DNA of 32,000 bases, taken from Mycolicibacterium smegmatis (lineage in GTDB: Bacteria > Actinomycetota > Actinomycetes > Mycobacteriales > Mycobacteriaceae). Positions 23,478 through 30,851 of this stretch are shown piece after piece; position 1 is the first letter of the stretch, and each line of letters begins with the position of its first letter. The DNA lies in assembly GCF_001457595.1 (NCBI RefSeq), contig NZ_LN831039.1, positions 1,770,001 through 1,802,000 on the forward strand, in the 5' to 3' direction. Position numbers and translations under genes: made by a program. The notes beneath the pieces were generated by a model. That model made no database searches. It was given only the letters and a program-made list of their open reading frames with translations, and was not told the origin of the DNA.

Positions 23478-24332
23478 GTGGACAAGCGAGAACTCGGCGC
23501 GTTCCTGCGGAGCCGCCGGGAACGCATCAGCCCTGCCGAGGTGGGGCTGCCGGTCGGTACGCGCAGACGCACCCCCGGACTGAGGCGCGACGAGGTCGCG
23601 CACCTGGCGTTCATCTCGACCGAGTACTACACGCGCCTGGAGCAGGCCCGCGCGCCGCACCCGTCCCGCGAAGTGCTCGAGGGGCTGTCCCGCGCGCTGC
23701 GGTTGCCCGATGCCGAGCGGGCCCACCTGTACCAACTGGCCGGTGTCGTGCCGCAACGGCCCGTGGGGCCGCCGCGGGTGGTCCGTCAGAGCATCCTCGA
23801 CCTGCTGCAACGGTTGTCGCATGCGGCCGCGATCGTGGTCTCTGCGACCAACGAGGTGCTGGCCTGGAACGATCTGGCGTGCGCGTTGATGGAGGACTTC
23901 TCGGCGCTGAGCCGCCGCGACCGCAACCTGATCCGGCGGGCGTTCCTCGGGCCCGACGGGCCGGGCGGGCGGCGGCTGTACGGGGTCTCCGACGTCGAGG
24001 AGTTCGCCCGGACCAGCGCCAAGCATCTGCGGGCCGCGGTGGCCAGGTACCCCGACGACCCGGAGACCCAGGAACTCGTCGACGAACTGCTCGCGGGCAG
24101 CGAGGAATTCGTGCGGCTGTGGGAATCGCACGACATCGTCGACCGCCCGGTGCTGTGCAAGACGTTCGTGCACCCGGCCGTCGGTCCGGTGTCGGTCAAC
24201 TGCGATGCGCTCGACATCGCCGACCGGGATCAGTGCCTGGTGATCTACACCGCCGAACCCGGGTCGCCGTCGGAGGAGGCCATGCGGTTGCTCGCGGTGC
24301 TGGGCACCCAGCAGATGGACGTCCCGGGCTGA
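23478..24332 (+). CDS. XRE-type HTH regulator with an MmyB-like ligand-binding domain (second copy)
   Basis: GTG 23478 (VDKRELGAFLRSRRERISP...) aligns with the N-terminus of the first copy. The HTH core is GLRRDEVAHLAFISTEYYTRLEQARA. The C-terminal domain is collinear with that of the 19351-20226 protein. Confidence 0.8.
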   Translation: MDKRELGAFLRSRRERISPAEVGLPVGTRRRTPGLRRDEVAHLAFISTEYYTRLEQARAPHPSREVLEGLSRALRLPDAERAHLYQLAGVVPQRPVGPPRVVRQSILDLLQRLSHAAAIVVSATNEVLAWNDLACALMEDFSALSRRDRNLIRRAFLGPDGPGGRRLYGVSDVEEFARTSAKHLRAAVARYPDDPETQELVDELLAGSEEFVRLWESHDIVDRPVLCKTFVHPAVGPVSVNCDALDIADRDQCLVIYTAEPGSPSEEAMRLLAVLGTQQMDVPG

Positions 24333-24340
24333 CTGGTCTT

Positions 24341-24356
24341 TCGAACACGTGTTCGA
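24341..24356. promoter_or_regulatory. LexA (SOS) box upstream of dnaE2
   Basis: TCGAACACGTGTTCGA is a perfect match to the mycobacterial TCGAAC-N4-GTTCGA consensus and a perfect 16-bp palindrome. It ends 12 nt before the dnaE2 GTG. Confidence 0.9.
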
Positions 24357-24362
24357 TAGACT
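24357..24362 (+). promoter_or_regulatory. Candidate dnaE2 -10 hexamer TAGACT, flush with the SOS box
   Basis: It matches TAnnnT. The GTG start codon follows after exactly 6 nt, which implies a leaderless transcript. Confidence 0.5.
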
Positions 24363-24368
24363 GGCGGG

Positions 24369-27300
24369 GTGGGCTGGCACAACGGGCCGCCGAGCTGGTC
24401 GGAGATGGAGCGCGTGCTCACGAGCAAGCCGCGCCGCTCCGGCCTGCCCCTGGAATCCCCGGGTGACGGCGGGGACAGTCCCGCCTGGTCACGCAAGCGC
24501 GGCGCCTACGAGCCGCCGGACCAGGCCAGGATGCCCGCTTCCGCGCTCCCGTACGCCGAACTGCACGCACACTCGGCGTACAGCTTCCTCGACGGTGCCA
24601 GCACCCCCGAGGAACTCGTGGAGGAGGCGGCCCGCCTGAACCTGCGCGCCATCGCGCTGACCGACCACGACGGTCTCTACGGCGTGGTGCGGTTCGCCGA
24701 GGCCGCCAGGGAACTCGACGTGGCCACGGTGTTCGGCGCCGAACTGTCGCTGAGCAACGTCGCGCGCACGGAAGACCCCGATCCGCCCGGCCCACACCTG
24801 CTGGTGCTGGCGCGCGGGCCCGAGGGGTACCGGCGGCTGTCGCGGGAGATCGCCAAGGCGCACCTGGCCGGCGGTGAGAAGGGCAGGCCCCGCTACGACT
24901 TCGACCAGCTGACCGAGGCCGCGGGCGGGCACTGGCACATCCTCACCGGATGCCGCAAAGGCCATGTCCGCCAGGCATTGTCGGATGGCGGTCCCGACGC
25001 CGCGGCCGCCGCGCTCGCGGATCTGGTGGACCGGTTCGGGGCGGACCGGGTCAGCATCGAACTCACCCACCACGGGCATCCCTGCGACGACGAACGCAAC
25101 GCCGCGCTGGCCGAGTTGGCGCCCCGTTTCGGTCTGGGGGTGGTGGCCACCACCGCGGCGCACTTCGCGACACCGTCGCGGGGACGGCTCGCGATGGCCA
25201 TGGCCGCGATCCGCGCGAGGAACTCGATCGACACCGCGGCGGGATGGCTGGCGCCGCTGGGCGGGGTGCATCTGCGCTCGGGGGAGGAGATGGCGCGCCT
25301 GTTCGATCCCGAGTTCGTCGCCGCGGCAGCTGATCTCGGTGAGCAGTGCGCGTTCGGGCTCGCGCTCATCGCACCGCAGCTGCCGCCGTTCGACGTGCCC
25401 GACGGGCACACCGAGGACAGCTGGCTGCGTCATCTGGCGATGGCGGGTGCGGCACGGCGGTACGGCCCGCCGGAACGTGCGCCCAAGGCGTACGCGCAGA
25501 TCGAGCACGAGCTGAGGATCATCGAGCAGTTGAGGTTCCCCGGCTATTTCCTGGTGGTGCACGACATCACGCAGTTCTGTCGTGACAACAACATCCTGTG
25601 CCAGGGCAGGGGATCGGCCGCCAACTCGGCGGTCTGCTACGCGCTTGGCGTCACCAACGTCGACCCGATCGCCAACGATCTGCTGTTCGAGCGCTTCCTG
25701 TCGCCTGCACGCGACGGCCCACCCGACATCGACATCGACATCGAATCCGACCTGCGCGAGAACGTCATCCAGTACGTCTACGAGCGCTACGGCCGCGACT
25801 ACGCGGCCCAGGTCGCCAACGTCATCACCTACCGCGGCCGCAGCGCGATCCGTGACATGGCGCGCGCGCTGGGATTCTCGCAGGGACAGCAGGACGCCTG
25901 GAGCAAGCACCTCAGCCGGTGGGACGGCAGACCCGATTCGCCGGATGTCGCCGAGATCCCCGAGCAGGTGATCGAACTGGCCAACCAGATCGCGAACCTG
26001 CCGCGCCACATGGGGATCCACTCCGGCGGCATGGTCATCTGCGACCGCCCCATCGCCGACGTGTGCCCCGTGGAGTGGGCCCGCATGGAGAACCGCAGCG
26101 TGCTGCAGTGGGACAAGGACGACTGCGCGGCAATCGGTCTGGTCAAGTTCGACATGCTGGGCCTCGGCATGCTCTCGGCGTTGCACTACGCCATCGACCT
26201 GGTCGCCGAGCACAAGGGCATCGAGGTCGACCTCGCCACACTGGACCTGTCCGAACCGGCGGTCTACGAGATGCTGCAGCGTGCCGATTCGGTGGGGGTG
26301 TTCCAGGTGGAGTCCCGCGCGCAGATGGCCACCCTGCCCAGGTTGAAGCCTCGCGAGTTCTACGACCTGGTGGTCGAGGTCGCCCTGATTCGGCCCGGGC
26401 CCATCCAGGGCGGTTCGGTGCACCCGTACATCAAGCGGCGCAACGGTCAGGAACCCGTCACCTACGACCACCCGTCGATGGAACCCGCGCTGAAGAAGAC
26501 ACTGGGTGTGCCGCTGTTCCAGGAGCAACTCATGCAACTCGCGGTCGACTGCGCGGGTTTCAGTGCGGCCGAGGCCGACCAGTTGCGCCGGGCAATGGGG
26601 TCCAAACGCTCGACCGCGAAGATGCGGCGACTGCGCAGCAGGTTCTACGACGGGATGCGCGAACGTCACGGCATCACCGGCGTGGTGGCCGACCGGATCT
26701 ACGAGAAACTGGAGGCGTTCGCCAATTTCGGTTTCCCGGAAAGTCATTCGCTGAGCTTCGCCTCGCTGGTGTTCTACTCGTCGTGGTTCAAGCTGCACCA
26801 TCCCGCGGCGTTCTGCGCAGCACTGCTGCGCGCGCAACCCATGGGCTTCTACTCGCCGCAGTCCCTGGTGGCCGATGCGCGTCGCCACGGCGTGACGGTG
26901 CACGGCCCCGACGTGAATGCCAGCCTGGCCCACGCCGGTCTGGAGAACCGGGGCCTGGACGTGCGGTTGGGCCTCGGCAGTGTCCGCCACATCGGCGACG
27001 ATCTGGCGCAGCGCATCGTCGACGAACGGGAAGCCAACGGGCAGTTCACCTCTCTGCTCGATCTCACCAGCCGTGTGCAGCTGACCGTGCCGCAGACCGA
27101 GGCGCTGGCCACCGCGGGTGCACTCGGATGTTTCGGGATCACCCGGCGCGAAGGGCTGTGGGCCGCGGGTGCGGCCGCGACACAGCGGCCCGACCGGTTG
27201 CCGGGAGTGGGTTCGTCCACACACATCCCGCCGCTGCCGGGGATGAGCGCGCTGGAACTGTCGGCGGCCGACGTGTGGGCCACCGGGATCTCACCGGACA

Positions 27301-27656
27301 GCTATCCCACCGAATACCTGCGAAAGCACCTCGACAGCCTCGGCGTCGTCCCCACCGACAGGCTGCTGGACGTCGCCGACGGAACCCGGATCCTGGTGGC
27401 AGGTGCGGTGACTCACCGGCAGCGCCCCGCCACCGCGCAGGGCGTGACGTTCATCAACCTCGAGGACGAGAAGGGCATGGTCAACGTGCTGTGCGCGCCG
27501 GGGGTGTGGTCGCGTTACCGCAAGGTCGCCCAGACCGCGCCCGCGCTGATCGTGCGTGGCATCGTGCAGAACGCCACCGGTGCGGTCACCGTCGTGGCCG
27601 ACCGGATGGACGCGGTGAACCTGCGCGTCGGTTCACGCTCCCGCGACTTCCGGTGA
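24369..27656 (+). CDS. dnaE2: Error-prone DNA polymerase III alpha-subunit paralogue DnaE2 (ImuC)
   Basis: 1095 aa. The N-terminus is MGWHNGPPSWSEMERVL. The PHP domain shows YAELHAHSAYSFLDGASTPEELV...ALTDHDGLYG. The catalytic region shows PDIDIDIE and GLVKFDMLGLGMLS. The C-terminal OB region shows VTFINLEDEKGMVNV. The gene sits behind a perfect SOS box. Confidence 0.97.
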   Translation: MGWHNGPPSWSEMERVLTSKPRRSGLPLESPGDGGDSPAWSRKRGAYEPPDQARMPASALPYAELHAHSAYSFLDGASTPEELVEEAARLNLRAIALTDHDGLYGVVRFAEAARELDVATVFGAELSLSNVARTEDPDPPGPHLLVLARGPEGYRRLSREIAKAHLAGGEKGRPRYDFDQLTEAAGGHWHILTGCRKGHVRQALSDGGPDAAAAALADLVDRFGADRVSIELTHHGHPCDDERNAALAELAPRFGLGVVATTAAHFATPSRGRLAMAMAAIRARNSIDTAAGWLAPLGGVHLRSGEEMARLFDPEFVAAAADLGEQCAFGLALIAPQLPPFDVPDGHTEDSWLRHLAMAGAARRYGPPERAPKAYAQIEHELRIIEQLRFPGYFLVVHDITQFCRDNNILCQGRGSAANSAVCYALGVTNVDPIANDLLFERFLSPARDGPPDIDIDIESDLRENVIQYVYERYGRDYAAQVANVITYRGRSAIRDMARALGFSQGQQDAWSKHLSRWDGRPDSPDVAEIPEQVIELANQIANLPRHMGIHSGGMVICDRPIADVCPVEWARMENRSVLQWDKDDCAAIGLVKFDMLGLGMLSALHYAIDLVAEHKGIEVDLATLDLSEPAVYEMLQRADSVGVFQVESRAQMATLPRLKPREFYDLVVEVALIRPGPIQGGSVHPYIKRRNGQEPVTYDHPSMEPALKKTLGVPLFQEQLMQLAVDCAGFSAAEADQLRRAMGSKRSTAKMRRLRSRFYDGMRERHGITGVVADRIYEKLEAFANFGFPESHSLSFASLVFYSSWFKLHHPAAFCAALLRAQPMGFYSPQSLVADARRHGVTVHGPDVNASLAHAGLENRGLDVRLGLGSVRHIGDDLAQRIVDEREANGQFTSLLDLTSRVQLTVPQTEALATAGALGCFGITRREGLWAAGAAATQRPDRLPGVGSSTHIPPLPGMSALELSAADVWATGISPDSYPTEYLRKHLDSLGVVPTDRLLDVADGTRILVAGAVTHRQRPATAQGVTFINLEDEKGMVNVLCAPGVWSRYRKVAQTAPALIVRGIVQNATGAVTVVADRMDAVNLRVGSRSRDFR

Positions 27657-28592
27657 ATCCGACCCGGTTCGTTCGAGTCCGGTCCGCAGCAGTGACCACG
27701 CCAGGCGGCGCGCCTCGCCGGCCCGTTCGGTGAGCCTGCGCTGCGCCTCGCGCACCGCATCCTCCTGCGGGGTGCGCCCTTCCAGCACATCGTCGTGCAG
27801 TTCCTCGGCGATCCGGATCGCCATCAGCACAGCGTCGTTCACGCGGTCAAGCGCCTCGTGCAACCGGTCGTCCTGGCAGAGCAGGTGCGCGTTGTCGATC
27901 TCGACGGACACCTCGGTGACGACGTGGCCGATCTGTTCGAAGATCGCGTTCATCGCCTTCTCGCGCTCCGCGCGGTCCTCGAGCGCCATGCACCGGGCGC
28001 CCTCGCTCCACAGCGACGCGAGCATCCGGGTGTGGGTGGCGACGCTGCGGGACACCTCGATCATCGCCTGCTTCTGCAACTGGTCGGCGAGATGCCTGCG
28101 CTCGATGCGTGCGATCTCGCGTTGTGCGGCCATCTCGGAGGCGTGCAACTTCTGTTGCGCCTCAAGTTCGGTGCGGTGCCGCTTCTTCGCCGATGCCAGT
28201 TCGAGTGCGGCGCGCTGGTCGGCGGCCGCGAGTTCGGCCCGCAGTTTTTCGGCCGCGTCAGCGGCATCGTGCTGGGCCTGCCGCGCGAAGGTGACGGTTT
28301 GCCACATGGTCACCGCGACCGCGACGAACACGACCGCGCCGAAGAACCATTCGGCTTTGCTTCCGAGTTCGCCCGGCGCCGCAAGGATGTACCACGCGAT
28401 GGTAAGAGTTCCCGCGACACCGCAGACCAGCCAGCCGATACCCGTTCTGGCGTCGAAGGATCCGCCTTTGCGGTCGGGCCTCGCATCTGTTGCGGTCACC
28501 GGGATCGGCGCGGTGCGCGCCACCGCGTCGTCGTCTGAAATTCCGGTGGCTCTTGCTGATTCAGATCTGGTCGACTCCCTCAGTTCGGTCAT
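27633..28592 (-). CDS. Hypothetical membrane protein: two TM helices followed by a long Ala/Glu/Arg-rich coiled coil and a helical C-terminal domain
   Basis: 319 aa. The TMs are GIGWLVCGVAGTLTIAWYILAA and WFFGAVVFVAVAVTMWQTVTF. The coiled-coil-like segment reads AADAAEKLRAELAAADQRAALELASAKKRHRTELEAQQKLHASEMAAQREIARIERRHL. A GGGAG SD lies 7 nt upstream of the ATG, and a TAATCT -10-like hexamer sits at 28639-28634. The 3' end overlaps the dnaE2 3' end by 24 nt. Confidence 0.7.
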   Translation of the reverse strand: MTELRESTRSESARATGISDDDAVARTAPIPVTATDARPDRKGGSFDARTGIGWLVCGVAGTLTIAWYILAAPGELGSKAEWFFGAVVFVAVAVTMWQTVTFARQAQHDAADAAEKLRAELAAADQRAALELASAKKRHRTELEAQQKLHASEMAAQREIARIERRHLADQLQKQAMIEVSRSVATHTRMLASLWSEGARCMALEDRAEREKAMNAIFEQIGHVVTEVSVEIDNAHLLCQDDRLHEALDRVNDAVLMAIRIAEELHDDVLEGRTPQEDAVREAQRRLTERAGEARRLAWSLLRTGLERTGSDSPEVAGA

Positions 28593-28804
28593 GCTGAACT
28601 CCCATCGACCACGCGTGCGCCCCTGCCGCGTTCAGATTATGGCGACACCCAGGGTGCGGCACCACCGGTCGCCCTCCGCGGGACCCGAGCGCTGACGGGA
28701 CGGAGGCGAACCGCTAGGGTCATGCCGTGTTGTGCGCACGACGCGCTGGATGACTCGCGTCTCGCCGCGCCAACGGATCTGACCGCCTGGAGAATTGGGG
28801 ACCC

Positions 28805-29404
28805 ATGGCCAAGAACGCCTCGTCGGAAGCTGACTCATCGATCATCGTCGACCTGTCCGAGGCGGCGATGCACATGTACTCGGCGGCGATCGACGCGTTG
28901 CCGTTCCCCGAGGACAAGAAATTCCACAAGCGTGCCGACATCGTGTTGTCGGGCCTGCGGAAATTGCGCTCGGCGCTGACCGAGGCCGCATCCGCGCAGC
29001 GTCCGTCGCCCGCGGTGGCCGCCGCGCTCAGCGGTGTCCGGCAGCGCTACGACTCCCTCATGGCGCATGCGGCCGCGGCGCCGGGATCCAGCCTCGGCCA
29101 GCAGATCTACGTCACGCGCGTGGCCGCGAAGCTGTCGGCGGAGGAGGTCGCCAACGGCGCGGGACTGCGGCCTGGGCTGCTCGACGAGCTCGAGGCGGGC
29201 GCAACGCCCACCGACGACGAGGCGGCCAGGATCCGGGAAACGATTGCGGCGCTGGGCGGGTTGCCGGGTGCCGATCACGGTGAGCACGAGGGCCGTCACG
29301 CCGGCGGTGACGACAGCGCCGAGGGCGCGTCGGTGATCGACTTTGCGCAGCACGACAGCCAGCACGAGGGCGGGGACGGCGAACTCACCGAGAACGCGGG
29401 CTGA
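28805..29404 (+). CDS. Hypothetical protein with an XRE-like HTH in its C-terminal half and an acidic/His-rich tail
   Basis: 199 aa with a GGAGAA SD 11 nt upstream. The HTH-like segment is LGQQIYVTRVAAKLSAEEVANGAGLRPGLLDELEAGATPTDDEAARIRETIAAL. The tail is ADHGEHEGRHAGGDDSAEG...HDSQHEGGDGE. The gene is divergent from the 27633-28592 gene. Confidence 0.6.
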   Translation: MAKNASSEADSSIIVDLSEAAMHMYSAAIDALPFPEDKKFHKRADIVLSGLRKLRSALTEAASAQRPSPAVAAALSGVRQRYDSLMAHAAAAPGSSLGQQIYVTRVAAKLSAEEVANGAGLRPGLLDELEAGATPTDDEAARIRETIAALGGLPGADHGEHEGRHAGGDDSAEGASVIDFAQHDSQHEGGDGELTENAG

Positions 29405-29448
29405 CGCGACCCGCCGGGGGGACGCGGGGCCGCGGGTAGTCTCGCGGC

Positions 29449-30090
29449 ATGACGCTGAATCTTTCTGTCGACGAGCTCCTCACCACAACGCGCTCGGTGC
29501 GCAAACGGCTCGACTTCGAGAAGCCGGTGTCGCGCGAGGTGATCCTGGAATGCCTCGACCTCGCGCTACAGGCTCCGACCGGATCCAATGCCCAAGGGTG
29601 GCAATGGGTTTTCGTCGAGGATGAGGCAAAGAAGAAGGCGCTGGCCGACATCTACCGGTCCAACGCGATCCCGTATCTTGAGCAGGAGGCCGCCGAGCGC
29701 GGCGACATCCGCGACCAGCAGCAGCCCAAGGTCAGGGACTCGGCGCGTCACCTCACCGACAACTTCGAGAAGGCGCCGGTGCTGTTGATCCCATGCCTGG
29801 AGGGCCGTCCCGACGGTGCCCCCGCCGGCCTGAGCGCATCGTTCTGGGGATCTCTGCTGCCCGCGGTGTGGAGCTTCATGCTCGCGCTGCGGTCGCGTGG
29901 CCTGGGCTCGGCGTGGACCACGCTGCACCTGCTGGGCGAGGGGGAGAAGCAGGCCGCCGAGGTGGTCGGCATCCCGTTCGACAAGTACTCGCAGGCGGGG
30001 CTGTTCCCGATCGCCTACACCATCGGCACCGATTTCAAGAAGGCCAAGCGACTGCCCGCCGAGCAGTTCGCGCACTGGGACACCTGGTGA
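29449..30090 (+). CDS. Nitroreductase-family oxidoreductase (Rv3368c-like)
   Basis: The protein shows TTRSVRKRLDFEKPVSREVILECLDLALQAPTGSNAQGWQWVFV and a GLGSAWTT C-terminal motif. ATG 29449 lies 6 nt after a TAGTCT hexamer (29437-29442). Confidence 0.9.
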   Translation: MTLNLSVDELLTTTRSVRKRLDFEKPVSREVILECLDLALQAPTGSNAQGWQWVFVEDEAKKKALADIYRSNAIPYLEQEAAERGDIRDQQQPKVRDSARHLTDNFEKAPVLLIPCLEGRPDGAPAGLSASFWGSLLPAVWSFMLALRSRGLGSAWTTLHLLGEGEKQAAEVVGIPFDKYSQAGLFPIAYTIGTDFKKAKRLPAEQFAHWDTW

Positions 30091-30092
30091 GC

Positions 30093-30110
30093 TGACGCCC
30101 GGCGGCGTCA
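30093..30110. terminator. Short hairpin between convergent genes (7-bp stem, 4-nt loop)
   Basis: The sequence is TGACGCC-cggc-GGCGTCA. It lies between the nitroreductase stop (30090) and overlaps the trmL stop (30108-30110). The stem is weak and there is no U-tract. Confidence 0.35.
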
Positions 30111-30572
30111 CACCGCGCCGGGGAAGCCGTGCTGGCGCCAGGCCTCATAGGCGGCGACGGCGGCCGCGTTGGACAGGTTCAGCGACCGCCGTCCCGCCAG
30201 CATGGGAATGCGGATCTGCTCGGTGATGTGCGGGTCGGCCAGCGTCTGCTCGTCGAGCCCGGTGGGTTCCGGCCCGAACATCAATACGTCGCCCGGCCGA
30301 TAGGCGATGTCGGTGAACGGCGTGGACGCGTGCGCGGTGAACGCGTAGACGCGTGCCGGCATGAGGGCCTGCCACGCCGACGGCAGATCGTCGTGCACCG
30401 TGACCGACGCCAGGTCGTGATAGTCCAGACCGGCACGGCGCAGCTTGGGTTCGGACAGATCGAATCCCAGCGGATGCACGAGATGCAATTCGCATCCCGT
30501 CGCCGCGACCATCCGGATCGCGTTACCGGTATTCGGCGCGATCCGCGGCGAGAAGAACATCACCCTGAACAT
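30108..30572 (-). CDS. trmL: tRNA (cytidine/uridine-2'-O-)-methyltransferase, SPOUT/TrmL type
   Basis: The protein reads MFRVMFFSPRIAPNTGNAIRMVAATGCELHLVHPLGFDL...LDYH...MFGPEPTGL...IRIPM...RSLNLSNAAAVAAYEAWRQ. The tracked ORF starts at GTG 30611. I prefer ATG 30572 because the TrmL N-terminus aligns there and a TACGAT hexamer (30585-30580, minus strand) lies 7 nt upstream. Confidence 0.88.
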   Translation of the reverse strand: MFRVMFFSPRIAPNTGNAIRMVAATGCELHLVHPLGFDLSEPKLRRAGLDYHDLASVTVHDDLPSAWQALMPARVYAFTAHASTPFTDIAYRPGDVLMFGPEPTGLDEQTLADPHITEQIRIPMLAGRRSLNLSNAAAVAAYEAWRQHGFPGAV

Positions 30573-30851
30573 CGCGACGATCGTACGGCCGCCATACGCA
30601 CGGCCAACCACATTTCGCCGCAGCGATCAATGAGCGCTTTGCTCAATTACCACACAACTGCGCTACGGCTCGGTCACGAACTCTGTCTGTTCAGTAAGAA
30701 TTGTGGAAACGCTCGCGCGTGGCTGTCATACTCGTGCAATTGCCAGGCGTTTGACGCCCGTCCCAGCGTGGGCGGAAACAGCAGGAAGCCCTATGACTCT
30801 CGCCCTAGTACTGAACTGCGGCCCCGCCGCCGATGGCACGGTTGGGCGCCG

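Noticed and set aside
23382-24380. N-terminal extension of tracked ORF 22590-24380
   Set aside because: It is antisense to the second MmyB regulator and has a junk composition. The SDR Rossmann motif begins right after ATG 23381.
24489-27224. 911-aa antisense ORF, plus the 604-aa off-frame ORF (25919-27733), over dnaE2
   Set aside because: Both are Arg/Pro/Gly-rich nonsense. The dnaE2 frame carries PHP, PDIDID and KFDMLGL motifs throughout.
30573-30611. Longer trmL start at GTG 30611
   Set aside because: The extra 13 residues (VGRAYGGRTIVA) have no counterpart in TrmL-type proteins. ATG 30572 has a properly spaced -10-like hexamer.
30677-30691. GAAC-N7-GTTC upstream of the sensor gene, as a possible SOS box
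   Set aside because: The mycobacterial LexA box needs a 4-nt spacer and the flanking TC/GA bases. This site has the wrong spacing.
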